Source: Candidatus Zhuqueibacterota bacterium (lineage in GTDB: Bacteria; Zhuqueibacterota; Zhuqueibacteria; JANLFK01; Oleimicrobiaceae). Taken from it: a stretch of 64,000 bases of DNA. Below, piece by piece: positions 1-8,400 of this stretch (positions are counted from its first letter, which is position 1; each line of letters begins with the position of its first letter). The stretch spans positions 588,116-652,115 of the forward strand of contig JANLFK010000001.1 in assembly GCA_024655945.1 (NCBI GenBank), given 5' to 3'. The position numbers and the translations under genes were made by a program. Under the pieces are notes generated by a model that made no database searches, was not told the DNA's origin, and saw only the letters and a list, made by a program, of their open reading frames with translations.

Positions 1-192
1 GAACCCAGGTTTGAGCACGAACAGCATCGCAAACATCAGGGGCAGAGAGAACGGCAAGAGCGCCCAGAAGCTCTTCGCGATGCCCAGGATAGCCAAGTAA
101 AGAAAGCCCATCACCAGGAACTGGCCAAACCAGGTGTGGAGCACCTTGAACGAGGTGTTAAACCCCGTGCCGAGACGAATTCGCGCCGCCAT
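1..192 (-). CDS. hypothetical membrane protein, N-terminal part only (gene runs off the window start)
   Basis: Minus-strand ATG at 192..190 preceded by AAGGAGG; translation MAARIRLGTGFNTSFKVLHTWFGQFLVMGFLYLAILGIAKSFWALLPFSLPLMFAMLFVLKPGF is hydrophobic and has no stop before the window edge. Not in the ORF track because it is partial. Confidence 0.35.
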   Translation of the reverse strand, partial: MAARIRLGTGFNTSFKVLHTWFGQFLVMGFLYLAILGIAKSFWALLPFSLPLMFAMLFVLKPGF

Positions 193-381
193 ACGTGCCC
201 TCCTTGCAAGTGGGAAGATTTTGCCCTGCTCTAAGATAGCACTTTTCCAGAGATTGTCAAGACAAAAATGCGCTGCGACGGAAGGGTTTGCGGAGGGAGC
301 CAATGGGCAAACAGCCGGGCGGCGTGACTCAGGTGCGCAGGAGGCGGTGTCCAGACGCGCCCCGGCCTGGTGCTGCGCTGG

Positions 382-1161
382 TTACTTTCGGCCGCGCAAC
401 ACCAAATGCCAACCGATGGCTTTGCCCCAGGCCTGCGGAAGAATCATAAACACACGACAGAACACCCGATTGAACAGGAAGGCCTTCACCCCTTTCCGGG
501 TGCTCTTGGCGGGCCGAGGCGGCCGCTCGAGGTAGACCTCCACGTCTTTGAACTGACGCAAAAGTTCCCTGCCCTGTCTCTTGGAGTAGGTCTTGATGAT
601 GGGGGCCTCTGCGTCGGTGTGCTCAATGTTCACCCGAAAGGCCTTGGACAGGAAATAGAGCCAGGAGTACTTGTGGTAAAGGATGGCGACAAACGTCCCC
701 CCTGGGCTGAGCACACGGTGGATCTCGCCGATGGCTCCCTCGGTGTCGTCCACGTGGTGCAGGACCCCTGCCGACCAGACGGCGTCGAAAGAGTCGTTGG
801 CAAAACAGAGCTTCTCGGCATCGCACACCACGACTTGCCCTTCAAGGCCAAAGGTGCGCAAGTGTTGTTTGGCGAGCCTCGCCCCGTTGAGGGTCATATC
901 GATGGCTATTGGCTTCAGGCCAATGGCGGCGAGCTGCCGCAGGTCGGTGCCGGGGCCACAGCCCACCTCCAGCACGCGGCCTCCTGGGTGGAGCTGCCCC
1001 AGCCGACGGATCTCCTCCAGCATGTACCCCATGCGGCTGGGATCGTAGCGAAAGGTACGCAGGTCTTCGAAGAACTCCCGGGTGCCCACCTCGTGCTGGG
1101 CCACCTCGATGTCGTTGACATATGTCTCCCAGTACTGCCGGCTTTCCTTGGAAAAAGCCAC
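382..1161 (-). CDS. class I SAM-dependent methyltransferase (Methyltransf_11-like), paralog B
   Basis: Motif I LEVGCGPGTDL, acidic NDSFDAVW, YRVLSPGG; GTG start at 1161 with GGAGGAG 9 nt upstream. The 459-aa track ORF 382..1761 is an in-frame upstream extension through the neighbouring gene. Clearly paralogous to 1185..1970. Confidence 0.8.
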   Translation of the reverse strand: MAFSKESRQYWETYVNDIEVAQHEVGTREFFEDLRTFRYDPSRMGYMLEEIRRLGQLHPGGRVLEVGCGPGTDLRQLAAIGLKPIAIDMTLNGARLAKQHLRTFGLEGQVVVCDAEKLCFANDSFDAVWSAGVLHHVDDTEGAIGEIHRVLSPGGTFVAILYHKYSWLYFLSKAFRVNIEHTDAEAPIIKTYSKRQGRELLRQFKDVEVYLERPPRPAKSTRKGVKAFLFNRVFCRVFMILPQAWGKAIGWHLVLRGRK

Positions 1162-1184
1162 CGAACTTTCTCCTCCTCTGCCTT

Positions 1185-1970
1185 TCACTTCCTCAGGTCG
1201 ATGTAGATGTGCCAGCCGATGGACCTGGTAAGCCGTCTGGGAAGGGCATTGAAGGCCGGCACAAAAATCGAATTGTACAGGCCGACCAACAGCCCGTGTC
1301 GTTTCACCGTCTTCATGGGAAAGCCGGTCATGTGCATCTTGATGCTCGAGAACTTGCCGAACAGGCGGCGCACATCCCGCCGCGAATGGGTGGCAATCAG
1401 CGGGGCGTCCACTCCCTGCGTCTCGTAGCCGATCCCGGAGACGCGCACCAGCAGATTGTACCAGGACCACTTGTGGTAGAGCATGACCACCGCCTCGCCG
1501 CCGGGACGCAGCACGCGATAAATCTCGTCGATAGCCTTTTGGATGTTTGGCGTGCACATGAGCACGCCGATGCAGATGACCACATCGAAAGAGTTGTCCT
1601 CGAAGGGCAACTCCTCGGCACTGGCCACGCGCACGTCCCCTTTGAGGCCACGGTATTCCAGATATTTGCGGGCCAGCGCCACGCCGCTCTCGGTCAGGTC
1701 CACCGCCGTGACGATGGCCTCGTTGCGCGCGTACTTGATCAAGTCTCTCCCCCACCCGCACCCCACCTCAAGGAGCTTCTTGCCGGCAAAGTCGGCGTGG
1801 CGAGCGTACAGCTCTTCCTCCCGGTATTTGATGTCATAGTAGCGTTCCAGCTCGTCGAAGAACTCCGGCGTGCCAGGCTCTTTGTCGGTCACCTCGATGC
1901 CGATGACATTCTCGTTCCAGTACTTCTTGACCTCTTCGATGGTCACTGGGCCTGGGGCACTAGTGGTCAT
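1185..1970 (-). CDS. class I SAM-dependent methyltransferase (Methyltransf_11-like), paralog A
   Basis: 261-aa ORF; LEVGCGWGRDL, NSFDVVICIGVL, YRVLRPGG; ATG at 1970 with AAGGAG upstream. Confidence 0.85.
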   Translation of the reverse strand: MTTSAPGPVTIEEVKKYWNENVIGIEVTDKEPGTPEFFDELERYYDIKYREEELYARHADFAGKKLLEVGCGWGRDLIKYARNEAIVTAVDLTESGVALARKYLEYRGLKGDVRVASAEELPFEDNSFDVVICIGVLMCTPNIQKAIDEIYRVLRPGGEAVVMLYHKWSWYNLLVRVSGIGYETQGVDAPLIATHSRRDVRRLFGKFSSIKMHMTGFPMKTVKRHGLLVGLYNSIFVPAFNALPRRLTRSIGWHIYIDLRK

Positions 1971-2294
1971 TTTTCTCCTTGCACCTCCGCGCTCGCATTC
2001 GTCCCTCTCGCCGCTCTTGCGGCTCCACTTGCGACGCCCTAAATATACGTCCAGGTAGCTGCTGTGCGGAAGGGCCCTCCAAAGTCGGGAGAACCCCTGC
2101 CAAGAACAGCAAGCCGGTTCCCGGGAAGATTCTCCCGAAATGAAAACCCACGTACTGGCCTCTACGCTCTCTTTGTGTGCCCTGCCCGCCGGGACTCCCG
2201 TGCGCCGGGGAGGTGCCTATGCCCGCACAACTTTTCCCTTGCATTTCTCTGCGAAAGCTGTAACTTAGTCACCCAGGAGGTGCACGAGGAGAGT

Positions 2295-4208
2295 ATGGCA
2301 CACGTCATCATCGGCACGGCCGGACACATCGACCACGGCAAATCGGCTCTGGTCAAGGCACTGACCGGCACGGATCCGGACCGACTCAAAGAGGAGAAGG
2401 AACGGGGTCTGACCATTGACCTCGGCTTTGCCTTCCTGGGCGAGCGGGCGGCGTTCATCGACGTCCCGGGTCACGAGCGTTTTGTCAAGAACATGGTGGC
2501 AGGGGTCAGCACGGTGGACGCCGTGCTGTTCGTGGTGGCGGCAGACGACGGGGTGATGCCGCAGACGCGCGAACATCTGGACATCCTCACCCTGCTCGAA
2601 CTCAAGCGGGGGGTCATTGCCCTCACCAAGATTGACCTGGTCGACAGCGAATGGGTAGCCATGGTGACTGCCGACGTGCGCAATCTGGTGCAGGGCACCT
2701 TCTTACAGGAGGCGCCCATCATTCCGGTGTCGAGCGTCACTGGTGAGGGGATCGCACAGCTACGCCAGGCGTTAGATGAGCTCATCGCCAGCACCCCTTC
2801 GCGCTCCGACCAGGGTGTGTTCTGGCTCCCTGTGGACCGCTCGTTCATCATGAAAGGCTTCGGCACGGTGGTCACCGGCTCGGTGCTGTCGGGCGCGGCA
2901 AAGGTGGGTGACGAACTTGAGCTCCATCCCCAGCGCCGCTTGGTGCGGGTGCGTGGTTTGCAGACGCACGGCCGCGACGTCACGCTCGTGCGCGCAGGGG
3001 ATAGGGCAGCCTTGAACCTGGTTGGCGTTCACAAAGAGGAAGTGCAGCGAGGGGACGTGCTGGCGAGCCCGGGATACTTCACGCCCTCGACCCTGCTGGA
3101 TGTGCGCTTGCGCCTTTTGCCGGCAGCCGGACGCTCCCTGCGCCACAACACGCGCGTCCGCCTGCACGTGGGCACCCGCGAGCTCATGGCTCGGGTTTCC
3201 CTGCTCGAGCACAACGACCTCCCCCCCGGCGGGTCGACGTTCGCCCAGCTCCGCTTGGAGGAAGTCATTACGGCACGCCGCCTGGACCGCTTCGTGATCC
3301 GGCAGTACTCCCCGCCCATGACCATCGGCGGCGGCGTGATTCTGGACGCCAATCCGCGCCCGCATCGGCGCTTCCGCCCGGAGGTGCTGCAGCAGATGGC
3401 CGCCTTGGAGAAGGACACTCCAGAAGAGACGGTGATGGCTTTGCTGCAGGCGCAGCCGCTGCAGCCCCTCTCGCTCGCTCAACTCACCAAGGGGACAGGA
3501 CTTGCCCAGCCGAACGCAGAAGAACTGGTGGGGCGCCTGGTGCAGAACGGCACGCTGCTCAGGCTCGGCTCTGAGCGCCAGCCGACCTACGCCTTGCCTG
3601 GCAGCGTAGTGGCGGTCAAAGAGGCGGCGCTTGCGGAGTTGCGGCGCTACCACGCCCAGTTTCCCCTCAGAGCGGGCATGCCGCGCGCCGAATTGCGCGA
3701 GGCGATCGGCCGTGGGCTGGACCAAACCCTCTTCACCGCCGCACTGGATGAGCTCCGGCACAGCGGCGAGGTCAAGGAGAATGGCGGCCTGGTCGCCCTG
3801 TCCACGCACCGCATCGTGCTCTCCCCTGCCGATCAAGCCCTGCGAGAAGAGCTATTGCAGGCACTCGTCGCGGCACGCTTCTCCCCGCCTAGCACCGAGG
3901 AGCTATCAAGAGCCTTGGGCCGGAGGCGTGAAGACGTGGAACGCGTCCTGGCGGCACTGTACGCCCTGGGCGAAGTGCTCCGCGTAGAGGAAGGCATCTA
4001 CCTGCCGCAAACCCTTGTCGCCGAGGCCCAGAAGCGACTTGCCGACTACTTTGCCACCCACGAGGAAGTGACGGTGAGCGCCTTCCGCGAAATGCTGGGC
4101 ACCAGCCGCCGCTATGCCCTGCCGCTTCTGCTCCACTTCGACGAGCAGGGGTTCACTGAACGCAGGGGGGAGGCGCGTGTTCTGAGGAAGAAAGATGCAG
4201 CCCGATGA
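2295..4208 (+). CDS. selB: selenocysteine-specific translation elongation factor SelB
   Basis: N-terminus [20 protein letters not shown] (G1 P-loop), DVPGHERF (G3), ALTKIDL (G4), long C-terminal winged-helix-type extension; ATG at 2295 with AGGAGG upstream; the track ORF starts earlier at 2064. Confidence 0.9.
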   Translation: MAHVIIGTAGHIDHGKSALVKALTGTDPDRLKEEKERGLTIDLGFAFLGERAAFIDVPGHERFVKNMVAGVSTVDAVLFVVAADDGVMPQTREHLDILTLLELKRGVIALTKIDLVDSEWVAMVTADVRNLVQGTFLQEAPIIPVSSVTGEGIAQLRQALDELIASTPSRSDQGVFWLPVDRSFIMKGFGTVVTGSVLSGAAKVGDELELHPQRRLVRVRGLQTHGRDVTLVRAGDRAALNLVGVHKEEVQRGDVLASPGYFTPSTLLDVRLRLLPAAGRSLRHNTRVRLHVGTRELMARVSLLEHNDLPPGGSTFAQLRLEEVITARRLDRFVIRQYSPPMTIGGGVILDANPRPHRRFRPEVLQQMAALEKDTPEETVMALLQAQPLQPLSLAQLTKGTGLAQPNAEELVGRLVQNGTLLRLGSERQPTYALPGSVVAVKEAALAELRRYHAQFPLRAGMPRAELREAIGRGLDQTLFTAALDELRHSGEVKENGGLVALSTHRIVLSPADQALREELLQALVAARFSPPSTEELSRALGRRREDVERVLAALYALGEVLRVEEGIYLPQTLVAEAQKRLADYFATHEEVTVSAFREMLGTSRRYALPLLLHFDEQGFTERRGEARVLRKKDAAR

Positions 4209-4233
4209 GATTTCCGGCGGCCGGGGAACGACC

Positions 4234-5001
4234 ATGAGGTCTTCGCTTCTCCTCCTCACTGCACTTTGCCTGCTGCAGGCAACGCCGGCAGCCTGCCAAA
4301 AGGCCGGGATCTTGTTGCGCGGCCCCGTTGCCCACGGACAGGCCACGCCGCAGCAGGCCGATTCCATAGCCGCAGAGTTGCAGCAGTGCTTAGCGAGCAC
4401 AGGTGTGCTGGAACTGCTGCCGGCAACCACCCCGGGGCTCGAGGGGTCGGCACAGACTTCAGGGCACCAACCCCTCGCCGACGAGGTCATCGAGGGAAAG
4501 CTCACCAGGACAGGTGGCAGTTTTGCCCTGACCCTCACCTCCTCTCTGACTGCCACACGCGCGGTTGAAACATTCCATGGCGAAGCGGCGACTCTGGCTG
4601 AGCTGTGCACTCGGCTTGTGCCCACTTTTGCGCAGCAGGTGGCCGAACGCCACAAGAAGGGGCGGCTCGTCATCCGCATCGAACGTGGCTTCGACATCTA
4701 CCCCATGGATAAATACTTCGGCGTGTCTGACCCGTTCGTGGAGGTGTACGTCGACACGTTGTTGGTGGGCGTTACCCAGGTGCGCCAGGACGAAAAAGAC
4801 CCTGTCTGGGACGAGGAGTTCCTGCTCCCTGCGGTTGAGGCCAAGACGATAACGCTGTTCGTTTTCGACAAGGATGCTCTTGAGCACCGGGAGCTCATTG
4901 GCCGGGTCACTGTGCCCTGGGGCAGGGACGGCGTCTACTCCATCCGGCGCCCCCGTTACGTGCGAGATTTCGGGAAGGTTCAGGTCTCATTCGGTCGCTG
5001 A
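4234..5001 (+). CDS. secreted/lipoprotein-like protein with CsgG/LpoB-like N-domain and C-terminal C2-like domain
   Basis: Signal-like N-terminus MRSSLLLLTALCLLQATPAAC; C-terminal DPFVEVYVD...KDPVWDEEF...FVFDKDALEHRELIGRVTVPW resembles C2 domains; start overlaps the selB stop region (alternative start 4195). Confidence 0.6.
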   Translation: MRSSLLLLTALCLLQATPAACQKAGILLRGPVAHGQATPQQADSIAAELQQCLASTGVLELLPATTPGLEGSAQTSGHQPLADEVIEGKLTRTGGSFALTLTSSLTATRAVETFHGEAATLAELCTRLVPTFAQQVAERHKKGRLVIRIERGFDIYPMDKYFGVSDPFVEVYVDTLLVGVTQVRQDEKDPVWDEEFLLPAVEAKTITLFVFDKDALEHRELIGRVTVPWGRDGVYSIRRPRYVRDFGKVQVSFGR

Positions 5002-5061
5002 CTCCGCCCGATTTTTCCCTTGAGGCTTTGCCCCATTTTGCTTACATTTAACAGGTACCAC

Positions 5062-5157
5062 GGGAATGGATGGGTCCCTGGTGGGCCCCGCGGGCTTCAA
5101 ACCCGTTGTTCCGTGCTGAACAGTGCGGAAGGTGGGTTCGATTCCCACACATTCCCG
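5062..5157 (+). tRNA. selC: tRNA-Sec (selenocysteine tRNA), anticodon UCA
   Basis: 96 nt; 8-bp acceptor stem GGGAATGG/ACATTCCC (one G-A mismatch), 6-bp D stem GGGTCC/GGGCCC, anticodon loop CTTCAAA with UCA at 5097-5099, long variable arm 5109-5130, T arm GTGGG-TTCGATT-CCCAC, discriminator G; directly downstream of selB. Confidence 0.8.
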
Positions 5158-5166
5158 CAACAGGTC

Positions 5167-5193
5167 AGAAAGGACTCCTCGGTGGAGTCCTTT
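5167..5193 (+). terminator. perfect 11-bp hairpin after tRNA-Sec (possible terminator, weak U-tract)
   Basis: GAAAGGACTCC-tcggt-GGAGTCCTTTC, followed by CTGGCTATG (no strong T-run). Confidence 0.35.
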
Positions 5194-5415
5194 CTGGCTA
5201 TGGGCGGAAGCATGGCGGGTGCCCTCAAGAGCCGACTTGCCAACCAGAAGACAAATACCGCGCGACATCTCCTGCAAGGGGGTGTCTGCGAAATACGCAG
5301 GAGCCGTGGGGTCTTGAACCCGGCCCTCGATCTTCTGCAAAAAGTGACGACCGCCGGTAAATTCAAGGAGTCAGTGGAGTAAGGCACGAGGATCGCGAGC
5401 AGCACTGCGGGTAGA

Positions 5416-8400
5416 ATGGACAGCGAGAGCACGTGGGATGGCACACGCGGACCTTGGCGGCGAAGGCCGAGGCTTGTGGTACCTCCCCTTCTGGGGCTTG
5501 TGCACTTTGCGGCGCCACTGCTGTTCTTCTTAGCGGCTCCCACCGTCTTATCAGCAGATGAACTGCAGCAGTACGGCGTAGGTCGCCGCGACACTACCTT
5601 TTACCGCGCCGGGCGCACACTGCACACCGCCGTTTACTACCCTGCCACCAGTTCCGGCAGCGGGGCCCCCCTGAACACCTCCGGAGCACCCTATCCCCTG
5701 CTGGTCTTCGCCATTGGCAAACGCATGCAGGTGGAACACTATCTGAGCTACTACGAACACCTGGCAGCCAGTGGCTATGTGGTGATGGCGCCTCAGTTTC
5801 CGGACGTGGACAGTCCCAGCGCCTACACCTGGAACGAGGACCTGCGCGATTGCATCACCCAGGCGCTGAATGCGCGCACCGTGCCAGGCTCCGTGTTCTA
5901 TCAGGCGATAGATCCCGGCAAGATAGGGCTCTTCGGCCACTCCTTCGGCGGCGGCACTGTGGTCGGCGTGGCCGCCGACGACGGCCGTGTGCGGGTGACC
6001 TGCGCCATCGCGCCCAATAACCCGGGCAACTACTCCTTCAACAAGATGCCCAATGTGCACACGCCCATTCACATACTCGGCGCCGAGCTGGACGCCATCA
6101 ACTCGGTGGAGGCCATCGGGCGCCCGCTCTACGAGCGAGGTAACCCCGACAAGGCCTTATTGGTGGTCAAGGGCGGCAACCACATGCAGTTTTCCGACTA
6201 TACCGGTTTTGACAGCGTGGATACACCCGCGACCATCACCCGCGCCCAGCAGCTGGCCATCACCAAGGAGCACCTGGTCAATCTCTTTGACGCTTACCTG
6301 AAGGGAAGAAGTAGCGCCCGGACACAGCTTTACGGCACCGCGACCCTCACCAAAGACAGCGTCTTTCTCTGGTTTGAAACGCAGGCAGCCAGCGCCTCTC
6401 GCCTGGTGTACGTTTCCGGAAACGGACAGAGCGCTCCCCCTGGACAGCTCACCCTCTTGCCGGTAGTGTTCAAGGTGGTGGATGCCCAAGGGAATGCGCT
6501 GCCCCGTCACACGGTGCACTTTCAAATCACGGCTGGCGGCGGCAGCCTGGCCGGACAGACCTGGCGGGACTTGGAGACCGACGCCGATGGTCTGGTAAGC
6601 ATCTATCCTCGTCTCGGACCCTCTGAAGGGGTGGCCAACAACCTCATCGCGGTGAGCGCGTACAAGGGCACGGCCCATCTCACCGACTCTCCCCAGACTG
6701 TGGCGCTCTCGGGCACGACGCAACCGCTGCGCCGCATTGTCGTGCACAGCGATCCTGCCACGCTCACATACCAAGTGGACAACGTCGCTTACTCCAGCCC
6801 ACAGACATTTCTCTGGCCGACGGGCAGCAGCCACACCGTTTCGGCACCCTCGCCGCAGGGTGAGGCGGCCGGCACGCGATTCGTCTTCTCCTCCTGGAGC
6901 GACGGCGGCGCCCTGTCCCACGCCTACACGGTGCCCGCGCGCGACGACACCCTTGTCGTCACCTTCCGGACCCAGTACCTGCTCACGTTGGCTTCTGCCT
7001 ACGGCGCGCCCACCGGTGGTGGATGGTACGATGCCGGCAGTGTGGCTTCCTTCCGCGTGGATCGTCATGTCCCGGCCGGCCAGGCTAGACGCATGAGCTT
7101 GAGCGGCTGGGTGGGCACTGGCTCCGGTTCCTACTCGGGCCCGGACTCCGCCGCCACCGTGACCATGCACGGGCCTGTCACCGAAACGGCTATCTGGCAC
7201 ACCGAATTTTTCCTCACCACTGCTCAGAACCCGCCTGCAGGGGGCACGGTTTCGCCGGCACCGCCTGGCGCCTGGTACGACAGCAGCGCCACGGTGACGC
7301 TGGTGGCCACGCCTGCTCCCGGCTACGCTTGGGGCAGCTGGTCCGGCACCATCAATAGCACCGTCAACCCTCTATCGTTTGTCATGACAGGGCCCACGGC
7401 AGCCACGGCGAATTTTGTTCGCCTCGCCCTGCTCACCTTTCGCACCGAACCACCTGGCCTGACCGTTGTGGTGGACACGGTCAGCTATGTCATACCGCGC
7501 ACTTTCTCGTGGCTCCCCGGCTCGGTGCACACTGTGTCTGCCACCTCGCCACAGGCAGGGGGCGCTGGGGTGCAATACCTCTTTGACTCGTGGAGCGACG
7601 GCAATCCACGCACGCACAACCTCGTCACACCGGCCCGGGACGACACGCTGGTGGCGCGTTTCCGCACGCAGTTTTTCCTTGCCGTGCAGTCGGCGCATGG
7701 CTCTCCGCGCGGTCAAGGGTGGTATGACAGCGGCGCGCAGGCAGCTTTCAGCGTCACCACCCCCGATTCACAGGCTGGCACGCGCCACCTGTTCCAGCAG
7801 TGGACAGGCGACTTCACGGGCACCTCTCCGTCTGGAACCGTGCTCATGGACCGGCCAAAAACCGTCACCGCCCTGTGGAAGACCCAACATTTGCTCACCG
7901 TGCTCAGTCCGTACTGCACGGCTTCCGGCGCCGGCTGGCACGACGAGGGTAGCCAGGCGCTCTTCCGCGTGCAGCCATGCGTCGTGTACGACAGCGCAGG
8001 CACCAGGCGGGTTTTTGCCGGATGGACCGGAACCGGGCCAGGTTCCTACACCGGCCCAGACAGCACAGGGACGATCGTGGTACAAGGTCCCGTCACCGAG
8101 GTGGCAAGCTGGCAGACTCAGTACCAGTTGACCGTCTCTTCCCCCTACGGCAGTCCTGTCGGCGCAGGTTGGTACCCGGCCGGTGCAACGGCCCATTTCG
8201 CCGTGACCTCGCCTGAAGTGGAAGGCCTGAGGCGCCACGTCTTCCGCCGCTGGAGCGGCCACTTTTCCGGCACTCAGCCGGCCGGGACACTGGTCATGCG
8301 CGGCCCGCGGACGGTCACCGCCGAGTGGGGCGACCAGTTCTACCTCGCCATCACCGCGGAGCCGCCCGAGGGCGGGACGGTGACTCCCCAACCTCCTGGC

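Noticed and set aside
382-1761. 459-aa ORF as a single gene
   Set aside because: Only the last 260 codons form the methyltransferase; the upstream part is an in-frame, stop-free stretch crossing the neighbouring paralog in a different frame. The real start is the GTG at 1161 with a GGAGGAG RBS.
5020-5382. 120-aa ORF
   Set aside because: Overlaps the tRNA-Sec gene and its hairpin; no coding signature.
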